From Hydrolagus colliei (taxonomy: Eukaryota), in contig CM068765.1 of assembly GCA_035084275.1 (NCBI GenBank), forward strand, positions 1,612,001-1,676,000: a stretch of DNA of 64,000 nt, given 5' to 3'. The notes beneath the pieces were generated by a model. The model saw only the letters and a list, made by a program, of their open reading frames with translations. It searched no databases and was not told the DNA's origin. The position numbers and the translations under genes were made by a program. How positions within the stretch are numbered: the first letter of the stretch is position 1; the number at the start of each line of letters is the position of its first letter. Below are positions 36,599 to 48,690 of this stretch, in pieces.

Positions 36599-38274
36599 CT
36601 AGAGGAACAAAAACAATTCAGAGCGGTAGAATTTACTGTCAGAGGATCAACCCGAACAGGGTTTCATTCCGAATAATCCTTGCATTATAATATAATTTCC
36701 AGTTAAGAAGACATCTCAAACAGCGTTTTTTTTTACCAGATGTTCTGTGAAGTGCAGTCACTGTGTTAGTCTGCAGACGAAAACAGCGGCTAATTTCCCC
36801 CACAGCGATGAGACCAGAAACAGCAACAAAGTCAATGATTGATATGATTTGGTGGGAGAGGTTGGGTGGATGGTGGGGTGGGGTGGGGGAGAAACAGGAC
36901 GGACTGTTGGCCAGGACATCATGTGAAATTCCCTCCTCGTTCGGAAGAAATGCTATGGGATCTTTACCGTCCATTTGTTCCGGTTTAAGGTGCTACTGTG
37001 TTCACCTGCCACCTTGGGCTATGCAGCGGCGCTGTGGTTTGTAGCAAGTGGGCGGAGGTTAACACTTAAATAGTATTAATATAGAAGTGTTGACCAAGTT
37101 TGCACCTTTGTCACCCCCGACAAAAACCACGTAGATTAGATACGAGAAGAGCGTGTGGTGGAACCTCAAGATCGCAACGGATAGACCGGATAGAACAAAA
37201 TAAAAGAATAATAATAGCTCTGGCAAAGTGATATCGGCCTCTTCGAGACTTCTCAAAGCTCTTCACAGAATATACTGTCAAGTCAATTAATTGGCTGTAT
37301 ATTTTGTGGGTGAATTTTTTTTTAGACGATAACCCCCACAATATTCAGGGTTTTCAACGAAGCAGTTGCGAGCAAAATAAATATCTATGGCGGTTGCTAG
37401 AAGCAACATAACAACCACAACTTTGATTTATATAGCGCCCTCCACGCCAGAGTGTTTCACAATGGCGGATCCCGGGACCGAGCCAGGGGCATAAGATGTC
37501 CAAATTCACAGATAGATTTCGGACACATTGCAGGGAGGTTTTGTGGCATAAAGAAACTGGACTGGAGTTTCTGCTCGCAAAATCACTTGACAGCAAATCC
37601 TTGCAGCCAAGAGAGAGAGATAAATGAAATAGAAAGAGACAGAGAAAATAATCTCATTACACTGGGCTGGATTCAAACCCAGCGGTGTAGAAATAGGGTA
37701 CAAACGACCGTTCTGAAATACTCCTCCTTTCATTCTTTCACCTAAAATAAAGCGAATCCTCATCGATCGCGGAAAGCGCGGGGGTGGGTTCAAATAAAAG
37801 CGTTCAAATAAAAGCTATTATTTAATCTTTACTTCTTTAGGGCTCTATCTCCCTCCAGATAGGAACATAATAATAATCCTTGCACAAAACGCTGAAAATC
37901 CTTGCATTTGATAATAGCACCTCATCACATCACCGAGCGAGACTTCTCAAAGAGCTTCACAGAATATCTTGCAAAGCAGCTTGACTTCACTTGCAAGATT
38001 TGCAATCTTTTGTATTTTGTGGGTGAATACCGAATTGATACACAAACTTCACAGACAGCCAATGCCTCCTATCCTGTGGGATCAAACATTCAAACAGCTG
38101 GCACCCAACAAGTTGGCAAATTAAAAAATAGCCCAATTGTCCTATTTTCAAGCTGTTTTGAAAACAGGAAACTACCTGAGGAACGTCAAACACTTTGACA
38201 AACGACTGGCGAGGCAATGAGTGATCTTGAGTCAATTTTCTCAATGCTCACAGAAACCAATGCAGCCATAATCT

Positions 38275-38582
38275 TAATAATAATAATCCATGCATTTGAT
38301 ATAACTCATTTCACGTCTTCTAGACGTCTCAAAGCGCTTCACAGAATACACTGTAAGTGGATTGACTGTTTAATTTGTGGGTGAAACGCAGTAGCAGCCA
38401 ATTGCGCACAGCGGTGTCCCCACAAACAGTCATGGATTGAAATGACCAATATTATTATTGTGTTTTATTTGGAGGGATTATTATTAGGCTTGTGTGTGGA
38501 GTAAGGAAACTTGCCCAAGGTTTCGCCCTGACCTGCCTGGATTCGAACACAGGTCTCAAACTTGTAAGGCGAGTGCTCTAAC
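38275..38582 (-). mobile_element. SINE, near full length
   Basis: Same family, antisense. Confidence 0.88.
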
Positions 38583-39099
38583 TCCGTCTTATGTAGGATC
38601 GAGTTCTAAGATTCCACTGACACCAAGGAAAGCGAACACACAAGTTGCTTTCACAAGTGATTCATTCGTAAGGTGATGAAACGTGTTGGTATTTTTATGG
38701 ACTTTGCCGACATCCAGGATTGAAAGGGTTAAATCGGTTTTGTGTAATTAAACTCGAGCAGCTTCTCTCCGGGAGAGGCACAGTAAACCACTGACCCCAA
38801 ACAATAGTCTCCATTTGCTCAACGCGAGCCTCCGCACCAGTCGTTTTACCCTGATTCCATCTGAGCTCAGATCACCAACGGAACATTCGGACAAACAAAT
38901 GATCTCACCATCAATTTCCCCCAAAAAGCAGAAGCATTGTCTTACAGTGGTTAGGCTGAAAACGTCACGTGGCTTCTGGAACGCAAGGTTGTCAAAGATT
39001 TGCTGTCGTCAAAGTATCTGTTGTGAACCAACACGGTTAGGAGAAAAGCATACAAGCGACTTCCCCCAGTTGAGCTCAAGGTGGTTGTGGTTCAGTGCT

Positions 39100-39260
39100 C
39101 GGGAGTCCTGTGGCTCAGTGGTTTAGAGCACTCACTCACCTTACCAGCGTGAAACCTGTGTTCGAATCTAGGCAGGCCAGGGCGAAACCTTGGGCAAGTT
39201 TCCTTACTCCACACACACACACACATACGCTTCATAATAATCCCTCAAAAAAAAACACAA
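39100..39260 (+). mobile_element. SINE 5' half (head plus CA linker)
   Basis: Same family head, no tail. Confidence 0.8.
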
Positions 39261-41324
39261 TCAGGGCTGTGTAATGTTTCATCATGCTATACTAGGCTCC
39301 CAGCCCAGCAACTGCCTGCAACCTGGCGACTGATATCAAGTACCGTACTTGGTTTTGTGGTTATTTTGTGCAAGCGCAAAGTCTTGCGTTTTTGGTGCAT
39401 TGCAAGCTACTTTCAACATTTCAATTATTTGCAATCGAGCACACTTGCAGAAACGATGCCAGTGGGTGGGGTACAGAGTGTGGGGGGGTAGGTGCAGGAA
39501 ACCCGATAGAAACATATGACGCAAAATGTTTTGAACCAGCTGGCGTTGTGCGTGTCGAGGCCATTGCAGCCTTGTTTCCAGGAGTTTGTGGATAAGCCGT
39601 AGGAAGGAAATCAGGTCGAGGGAATGATGATACTTACAAGGTCAACTCACTTACAAAAAATATGAGTGCAGAACAGATCCGGTAAGAATCGAGGGAAAAC
39701 GAATTAAAACGCCAAACGAATACGCTTTCTTTCTTGTGAGGGGGTGAGGGAACTAATCTCATTCTCCCCTCCATGTCTTATCCAGCATTTAGCAAGTATT
39801 AAAAGCGCTTTGATTAGATTTCACAGATGACCTTGTCAATTGAGATCTGTTTTGATTCACTCTGATAGTTCCCGCTGTCTTCAAGAGAGCAGCAACCAGA
39901 TTCAGGTCTGTCATTTTGATCAAACACTGGTCTCGTCAGTGCTTTTGTCTGAGTGGCACCTCGTGTAGCGAGCTGGAAGCACCAGTGAAAAAGGAAATTA
40001 ATTGGCATCTCTTCCACTGGTTAGAGAGCCTGTGGTCACCTTACTCTCTCACGGATTCCCGAAATTTAAACCCCGAAACAATTTCACCCAAATCAAACTT
40101 TACACTATTTCCCTTGAAGCTCTTTGAGACGTCTTTGAGTCTTTACTGACTCAACAACAACAACAACAACTTCGATTTATATAACGCCCTCCACGCCGGA
40201 CGGCTTCTCAGAGCGCTTCATATCGTTTGAGTCAGTGTCTGTTTGCCGAAGTTGGTCGCGGGCAGTTGTGGAGAGTCAGAGTCTGTCAAGCCTGGCTCAG
40301 TGGAGTTCCCTCGGGTCGAACGGAGTTGGGATCACGGTTGGGATTGTTGACTTGCTGAGTTGGTTCTGGCCCTTGACTTCAGTGGGTGGTTGAGTCAGCT
40401 CGGGGCTGAAAGTTTGCAATTGTCCTTCGGGTGGACTGTAAATCATGTGCAATGGTGTTTCTCTGTGGTGTTGAAGGGAAATAATCTGAACCTTGGGTAA
40501 CGGGAGCCCCGTGGGATCGATCGTTGTTGATGGTTTGACTGATCTTTGTGAGACAATACAATTTGTTGTATTTACGGATGATTTTTCTCACTCCATTTCA
40601 TCATTTGCAGATTCTGTCGGTTCTTGCTTGGCTGGGCTCTCCTCAGTTATTCAGAAGTTGACCTGGATCCCTGTGCACGCCTTGATCACCTCCGAGATTC
40701 ACCTCAGCCGTCAGCCGAAGGTAAGTCTGTGCTGGTTAGAACAATACATTGACGACTAAAACTCAGGCCATTTTTCTTTCGCTGTGTTTCTAGCACCTCA
40801 AAATTCGTGGAGCATTAGGTGAGTGTAACAGTGGAAACCTTACGGTGCCAACTAAAGCTATTACACTTGTTTTCTCTCTCTTTGGCATTTTTCTGCCACT
40901 CCATAGTGGCAACACTATGTAGACTCCATACAGGACATTCATACAGGACGTCCGATATCCGAACACATATGAGCCAATTTATGGATTGCATTGTAGGTCG
41001 AAACGGGAAGTTGTTAGGAACAGAGGCTGAGGTTTGAAGGGGACAGGATGAGGGAGATGTTGTTACATTAATGAGTAGCTCAAGAACGGGTTGACAATAA
41101 AGTTAGTGAGCACGGAATGTTGGAACACAGACATTGAGGTTATCCACTGTAGTAGGCACTGTAAGATGAGGTTTAATCATTTCTGTAACAACAGTTTGTG
41201 CTGAGAGAGTGAAGGTGCCTGCAAAGGTTGCGTCAGTCAGTCGGTCGGTCAGTCGGCCAACCCGGAGGCCAGCCAGTGGAGTCAGTCAGCGGATATTCAG
41301 ACGAAAATGGAAAAAAAAATTATG

Positions 41325-41431
41325 CATTTTTCCGGATAAATTCCGGTTAATCGAAAGTGGGCCTTTTTTTTGCGATGGCGGTTATACGGAAGTTACGGTT
41401 AATCGGGTGCCGGATAAACGGGCTTTTACTG
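41325..41431 (-). mobile_element. Solo terminus of a pogo/Tigger-like (Tc1/mariner) DNA transposon
   Basis: Minus strand reads TA|CAGTAAAAGCCCGTTTATCCGGCACCCGATTAACCG, with repeated TTATCCG/TTAACCG subterminal motifs and a TA flank. Confidence 0.6.
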
Positions 41432-42759
41432 TAATAGGTTTTTGAGGACTCCTGGTAATTGGATTTTTCTTGATTCTTCGTCGTTGTGTTTGTTTTCTCT
41501 CTCCCGAATAATCAATTTGGACAATGGTCCATTCTCAAGGAAAACGGTCAAGTCTTGCCAACACAAGTCCTGCCACCGCAGAACACTGCAACACTCAATA
41601 GATCTGACTCCCAACACTGTGAACCCATTTCAGAGGAGAATCCCGGGTACAGCAACAACAACAACAACTAAGTTGCACTTATATAACACCTTTCACGTCG
41701 GGCGGACGTCCCAAAGCGCTGAACAGTCAGGTCAGATCCCGAGCAGGGGTTGGAATGGGGAGGGTTGGGGTAATGGGAAGGAGAGTGGGAGAGGGGAATA
41801 TCAGCACACATCAGCACTATGCAAAAAACACGATGGACTCAAACGCACGTAGCTGTGAGTGCAATAACCAAATGCAGATCTAATTTGGCAAATGTCCTAC
41901 AATGGGTAGATTTCATAGGACCAATTAAGAGTATTACAGTTCTAATCTGTCAAGTGGTCTGATATCCTTGGACAATATCAGTCATCCTTAATATAACTCT
42001 TAACTCTCTCCGCTCATTAACTGCCCAAGCCTTGAACCCTTAATAACATCCATCCATCTTTCATATCCATGAGCCGCCGACGACGGGAGTAAATATTTAA
42101 TGATCTATAATTGTTCGGAATGCGTGCGAGAGAGATAGGAATGCCCAACATGCACATCTGAGCTTGCCAAAGAATTTTTACGGCCTAGACAAACACAGGA
42201 AAGTAATGCTCTGCATTAAAATGGACTGACCTTTGACGTTTCTTATGCCGTCGAACAGTTAGGTTATGAAATCGTACCTGCCACTTCTTTTGTATATTAA
42301 AAAACATTAAACTTTTACTTGTCCTCCTTTAATAAGAATAAGAAGAATAATCCTCGCATTTGATATAGCGCCTTCGGCAAGATGTCTCAAAGCGCTTCAA
42401 ATCTTTTGCCCATGATCTTTAAATACTTCAGAATGTTCTCGTTTCTCCTGCTCACTTGGTCTGTCTGCACATTTATCCAACCAGTGTGGCAGAAAGCGAT
42501 CTAACGCATGGACATCTCCTATGATTGCCCTGTCTGTTAAGTGTTAACGTGTCTCAGTTGGTCCTACTCTCCTCTGACTTAAGCTGTAAGTTCAAGACCA
42601 ACATCAGCCATTACTAACAATCCCTGCATTCCACCCACCAGCTCGGGCCATGGTTAGAAGAGCACAAGGAGAGCTTAAGAGTTTTGTTTTCCAGAGAGTT
42701 GGTAGAAGCAAAGTCCATTGTGGGTTTCAAGACTGACATCAATCTTATCTGAGCAATTC

Positions 42760-42982
42760 TTTGCTAGGAGACTGGGAGAAACTCCTTTCCCTTTGCAAAT
42801 GCTACTATGAGATCTTCAACAGTACACCTGACCTGAGGTTAACATCACATCCAAAGGATGGCCACTCTCAACCCTTCAATGCTCCCACAGCCTCCGACTT
42901 GTCCATTCAATGTCCCAACACTGGACTCGCAATCTTCCGAGTCGGAAGCGAGAGAGTGAAACAAAATGAGCCAAGCTGACAC
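42760..42982 (-). mobile_element. Old Deu-domain SINE (SacSINE1/AmnSINE1-like)
   Basis: Resembles the recalled Deu core (atgagatcttcaac...ggttaacatcacatccaaaggatggc) and tRNA head (gtgtcagcttggctca on the minus strand). Confidence 0.6.
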
Positions 42983-43487
42983 CTGAGGGAAGACAATTCT
43001 GCAGACGGCTTAATCTTCGTAGGAAAATGAAGTGCAATGAAGATATTAATTAGTTCCACCTAAAAGCCTAACAAATGAACCCTCCGCGTTTAGAAAAGGT
43101 CACACACTCAGTCTCAAGAGACGAGCAGGAAAAGTCATTTGGCTGAATTTTCATGGGCAATTCAAACTAATTGGTGTAGCCCATTACTGCATCCTTCTCA
43201 TTATTACACACGGGTGAGAGGCAGGCGTTTGTGTCTGCGTTGATGATTGAAAGGTGCATAATACCTGCAATGCTTTTCAAATAGGGTAGAGCAGGGGGAT
43301 GTGAAACAACAAGAAAATTACACTTGTGCAGCGCCAAAACAGGCTGGCGTGAAGGGTGGGGCCTGTAACACAGAATTGGAGGGAGTCACGGAGATTGGGG
43401 CGAGAGTACAGCAGGGTTAGAAGGTGAATAAGCTCCTGCAATTTGACAAAATTCAGTTTCCAATTTACACACATCCCATCACATCAC

Positions 43488-43645
43488 ATCACGACTGTTT
43501 GCACAGACGCCGCCGTACGCAATTGGCTGGCGCGTTTCGCCCACAAAATGTACAGCCAATTCACTTCACAGTATGTTCCGTGAAGCGCTTTGAGACGTCT
43601 GGAAGATGTGAAAAGCACTATATCACATGCAAGGATTATTATTTA
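43488..43645 (+). mobile_element. SINE 3' half
   Basis: Same family. Confidence 0.8.
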
Positions 43646-44169
43646 TAATGGTACACTATTAAGTGGTATTCTCAAGGCAAGGCTTATTGCTGTCCCATGT
43701 TTTATATTGCAGTGGTATTAAGTCATCTTAATACACTATTGTTTTTCTTAAGCAGCATGTTTTTTTGTCCCATTCCCGGCTCCCCCTCCTAAACGTCGCC
43801 ACTGAAAGGTGAGAGCGTAAGATTAATATTTGGCGGTTTCTGTTGAGGATTCCAAACTCAAGGTGACAAATGTCACTGAGGCTGACGTTGAGCCCGAGAC
43901 ATCATCAACTATATTAGAGGCAGTCAACCTGCCCTGAACACAGAGACAATTTCTTTCAATGCTGTTGTCAGTAATGGAACCTCTTGTGGTGTTATGTTTC
44001 CCCCGTTGTATTCATTTTAATTTTATTTTTTACTTCCCTCGCACGGTACATCAGACGATTTCTTCCAATGGTTACGTCTGGAAGCATTTGATTCAACCAC
44101 AACATCTTCAATTTATACAGCGCCCTCCACACCAGACAGCGTCTCAGAGCACTTCACAATAGCAGTTTA

Positions 44170-44177
44170 TATTACAT

Positions 44178-44225
<48 letters not shown>
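44170..44225. repeat. (TA)n/(TATATC)n/(CA)n compound microsatellite
   Basis: Read directly from the sequence. Confidence 0.9.
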
Positions 44226-44434
44226 CAAAAAAAAATTCCTTCTGCACTGGCATATCATTCTGCCACCTATTGGGAACATGGAAACAACAATAACAACAAT
44301 TTTGCTAACAGGGAAACAGACGGGTAAAACAGCAGGGATTTTTGGCTTGTGAGCTGGAAATCCCTAATGGGATTTTGACTGCTCTTTCACTGCTCACCCC
44401 CACCCCATCCCAACCCAACCTTCTCTCAGCTTAC

Positions 44435-44556
44435 CTCCTTCATGTTGATGCTTGATCCCAACAGAAGGCCGGCTGTTTCATTGGACATGGAGAAGTTGTG
44501 CGTGAGAAAGTTTCGAAGTTCATCTCTGTCCTTCACAACTGAACCGAGAGTCAATC
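44435..44556 (-). CDS. ABCA2: ABCA2 exon, ECD1 (GLTLGSVVKDRDELRNFLTHNFSMSNETAGLLLGSSINMKE)
   Basis: cctcag|GA ... GAG|gtaagc; 122 nt, phase 1-0; resembles recalled human SLDSVARNPQELWRFLTQNLSL. Confidence 0.88.
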
Positions 44557-46469
44557 CTGAGGAAGACAGGGATGGGGGCGGTGGGGATGGAGTGGGGGTT
44601 GGAAATCAAGGCAAAATAATTAACAGTCGACTGACCATCAGTACAACTGGAAAGAAAGAACACATTTAACCCACAAAATGCAACTGAATTCACAGTACAG
44701 TCCATTCTGTGAAGCGTGTCGAGAGGTCTCGAATACAGAACTATATGAAATACAAGGATAATTATTATTTTCGCTATTAACATAAATGTGCCAGGCCTTT
44801 GAGGCAGTGTTCCCTCCTGACACTAATTGTCTAACTTAGTGCAACCTGGAGAAACATCTAGCTAGATGATACAGTACTTAAACGCACATCTCCCAGCTTC
44901 TACACGTCAACATAAGTGCAAGTGACGGCTTGAGTGGCAATCCTGTGCTGTGGTAAAGCTACGAAAAAGGCTTTAGTGACCCAAATATCGCAGAGACAGG
45001 GGTTGAACTGTGCTTGGTTGAAGAATGATTCTCATCTCAAAACCAATTTCATTTCGCTCTCCCCACCCTCCACCCTTCCGCAAACCACCAGCCACCCCCC
45101 CCCACCCTCCCCGATAAGCGAAAGCCATGTTATGTGTTTTGGAGGGCAATCATGTGGAATACTGTGGTTTATTGCAATGTCATTTCGCTGGAAGAACTAC
45201 AACTCTCCTGCTGGGTTAGCTCACAGCAAACCTCGAGCTGTCGCTTCAGATATTTTGTGAATGGACTCCCACCACACTAGTGACTCACACAGCAGCAGTG
45301 ACTCGGGTACCAGAGCCGCTCCGAAGGCCTTTTTAAGAATAATAAACGTTATGTGTCAGAACTTGGATCGAAAAGACCCAGTTCATGTTCTTGGGCGTGT
45401 TGCACTCGGGGGAAAAAATGTATTGACTTCAGTGTTACCATTGGGGGAAGCTTAACGATACAGTATTAAGGACTACTCCAAACACAAGCCTTATTGCTGC
45501 CTCACGTTTTAGATTGCGGTGCTGTTGACTTGACAAATACCCCACAAAAAAATATTTAGGGAGATGCGTTTTTTCATAGAGAATGCGTTTTAATATGAAA
45601 GAACCCACCCCACACTCGTTTTCACCGCACAAGACGCACACACACACAAAAAAAAATACAATGTGAGGCCAATTGCTTCGGGCTGGCTAACACAGAGAGG
45701 GCTGGGAGCAGGAACGTGAGTGAGCTGAACAAGGCAAAGGCTGACCCATATAAATGGGAGTGAAACGTAAAGGAAAGGCCAGCGCGATAGATTCACCGTA
45801 TCTGCATCGGTGATTAACTGCGTGGGGTCGGTTGTTGTCTCGTGAAAAGCCGCCTTAAAAAACAATGGCATCGGAGCCTGTCCTGATAATACGCAGCTCA
45901 ATTATTTATGCGTTGGGTACTGTGCAAGAACACAAGAGACGGAGCTACCATGAATTATTTATGGTTGGAGACTTGCCTGGGGAGATTTAATCATTCCTGA
46001 AGGTAAGGTGCAATAATGATTTACATATGGGGGCGGGGGCGCGGGGGGGAAGGTGGGGAGGGAATGGTTAGGGGGGGGGGGGGGGGGAGAGAGAGATACA
46101 TGAGCTCATCCCATCAGTAAACTTGTTTATACCTGTCACGTAACAACAATAATCATCGAGATTTCAGCCGTCGCACTATATCATAAATGATCCTGGATGC
46201 ACTTGCAATTGTAAACTAATGAATACTTCAATATGTGGCTTAGGGTGTGACTATTGGGTTACATACAGGACTGGCTGCTGGCTGTGTTAGTGTACGTGCA
46301 GTGCGTCATAAAGAGCTCACTCACTCACTATAATGCAGTCGTTTTTTTCACCTTATCACTGCTGCCTGCTACACCCATGTCTCTCATAACAGCAGTATCC
46401 TATGCACGAATCATATCTAATTGACCGTGCCTTTTTAACAAAACATCCAAACAAGAGATTAGGAGATTA

Positions 46470-46720
46470 CAGAATCGTAGAATTATATAGCGAAGAAAGA
46501 GGCTATTCGGCCCATCGTGCCTGCGCTGGCACTTTGAAAAAGCTGCCAAAAATTAGTCCCGCTCCTCTGCTCCCCCTCTCCCTCCACCGTAGACCTGCAA
46601 ATTTACCCTCTCTATACATCTACTTCGCTCTTGAAAGTTATCATCGAATCGGCTTCCACCACCCTTTCAGACAGTGCGTTCCAGATCCGAACAGCTCACC
46701 ATGTGAAAAATCACCAACTG
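46470..46720 (-). mobile_element. CR1 LINE 3' end
   Basis: Reverse-complement similarity to 22885-23115 (ggctattcggcccatcgtgcctg; ttccaccaccctttcagacagtgcgttccag). Confidence 0.72.
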
Positions 46721-47023
46721 TATCAGAATTCTCAAATCATATCCCGCTACCTACCTTTAACCAACCCACATTATCTCATACACATTTGATTCCCTTCCTG
46801 CCCCCCACAACCTGCATTTCCTTTTATATTTCCGGCTATTGATTCGAATCCATCTACTATTCCTTGACTTCCTGGTTTGATAGTTCCATGTCTTTCGGAA
46901 CGCCATGAAAACTCCCAACTCTTTCTCGTCCCCGGCATTTGCGTATCATTTTCTCGCAAATCATACGACGATAAGTCATCGATGAATTCGCGAGGAACCT
47001 AACGATGGCTGAGTAGCTCTTAC

Positions 47024-47187
47024 CTTGACTACTGTTGAAGTGATTTTCCACCGAGCTCGGATCGCTGCTCATCGATTCCAAGTGGCGTCGCAGCGATTCG
47101 AGCTCTTCCTCAAGCCCTGGGCGATCGGGATCAAACAGATTGCTTTCCTCCACCACCTCGTTGATTCGTTCGAGAAGCTGTGTGACC
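47024..47187 (-). CDS. ABCA2: ABCA2 exon, ECD1 ([23 protein letters not shown]...NSSQ)
   Basis: cacag|G ... CAA G|gtaaga; 164 nt, phase 2-1. Confidence 0.94.
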
Positions 47188-47304
47188 CTGTGGGGAGACC
47201 AGGCAGTCAGGGGGGTGGAAATGTCAGGCAGGTGCATAATATGTATGGCAACAAATGTATGGCATTGCATAATACTCCGCTCCTAACACAAATCTATATT
47301 TTAC

Positions 47305-47590
47305 CATCATAATAATAAATCCTTTCATTTGATATAGCACTTTCCATGTCTTCTAGACGTCTCAAAGCGCTTCACAGAATATACTGTAAAGTGAATTGAC
47401 TGTGTATATTTGTGGGCGAATATATACCTGCGTATATATTCGCCCACAAATATACACAGTCAATTCACTTTACAGTATATTCTGTGAAGCAGCGTCCCCA
47501 CAAACAGTCGTGGTTTGAAATGATCAAATTATTATTGCTTCTGCTTGCTATGAGTTGTTGGAATGGAATGCGCACTCTCTGTCCTCGGAC
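47305..47590 (-). mobile_element. SINE variant carrying an internal perfect fold-back duplication
   Basis: Family tail, 59-bp inverted duplication, then alternative 5' segment. Confidence 0.85.
47369..47490. repeat. Perfect inverted repeat, 59-bp arms with a 4-nt loop
   Basis: 47369-47427 is the exact reverse complement of 47432-47490. Confidence 0.95.
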
Positions 47591-48578
47591 TTTCCAGTTC
47601 ATTCTGTAACGCGCTTTGAGACGTCTGGCAGACATCAAAAGCGGTATATGAAATGCAAGGATTATTATTATATTACTTTCATCGGAGGTGTTCAGGCCTG
47701 ATGCGCATTAACCAGTTGTGTTCTCTACTGCTTAGTTTATTCTCTATGACGGGAAGATGGATGGACAATATTGTCAGCAGACAGTAAAGGAGGGAACATT
47801 ACTGTAATTAATAACTACTTTGTAAAAATTGGCATATTGGCCATAAATTTCACACTGGGTGAGCCATATGTCCTCTGTCCCAAAATGAGATTAAAATGAG
47901 TCCTGGACTGTAAGTCAATTCGAATCTTCTCCTCCTCCTAACAATCTGAATGTCAAATGCTGACGGGTTCAAATCCGCTATTCTGAGCAATAATCTCATC
48001 GACTGATAGCTCAATCATTTCCGAACGTCAATCTCTGGACTGTAGTCTCTACCGCACACTGTTGATGGAGTGCTGTGCCCTCCAGAGAGAGAGAGAATTG
48101 CAACTTGACATGTAAACACTGCACATTTTACTGTGTACTCTGCAATTGCTGAAGTGCAAACCGCATCGAGGCTGGTCTCCTTCCCCAGTTTGTAAGGCAA
48201 GAGTCGTTTAAATTCAGCGACAATAAAAACCAAGATTCTTCGCCAAATGACAATCAACTTGAGCAACACTTAACCCTGCTGAACAGGGTTCCCTGTTACT
48301 TGTACATTTTAATTGCTCTTTTCAGCGGAAAGAACCGACCATTTGCCCAAATTCGAAACGAAAAAAAATCATGCAGACCGTGCCTCCCTTTCACAATCTT
48401 TGTTCTGCTCTGTCGGTGTTAAGAGTTTGTGACCATCGCTCTCCACTGTTCAAAACCCCTTACCCATTGGTCGTCAAAATCAATCGGTAAAGGGCATTGA
48501 CTTTGTTCAATACCGATGGGTTTGGGACACCGCAACTTTATTTTACGCTCAGCGAGGAAAATGGGTGGTATGACTTAC

Positions 48579-48690
48579 GTCGAGTTGGCATACTGGAGGA
48601 ACCCAAATTCGTCTCTCTGGCCATCAGGACACAGTGACTGCATCACAGGCAGAATCCCAGCGGATGTCAGCGGCGCGGCTGAGTAGAAGG
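48579..48690 (-). CDS. ABCA2: ABCA2 exon ([38 protein letters not shown])
   Basis: ccttcag|CC ... AC|gtaagt; 112 nt, phase 1-2. Confidence 0.95.
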
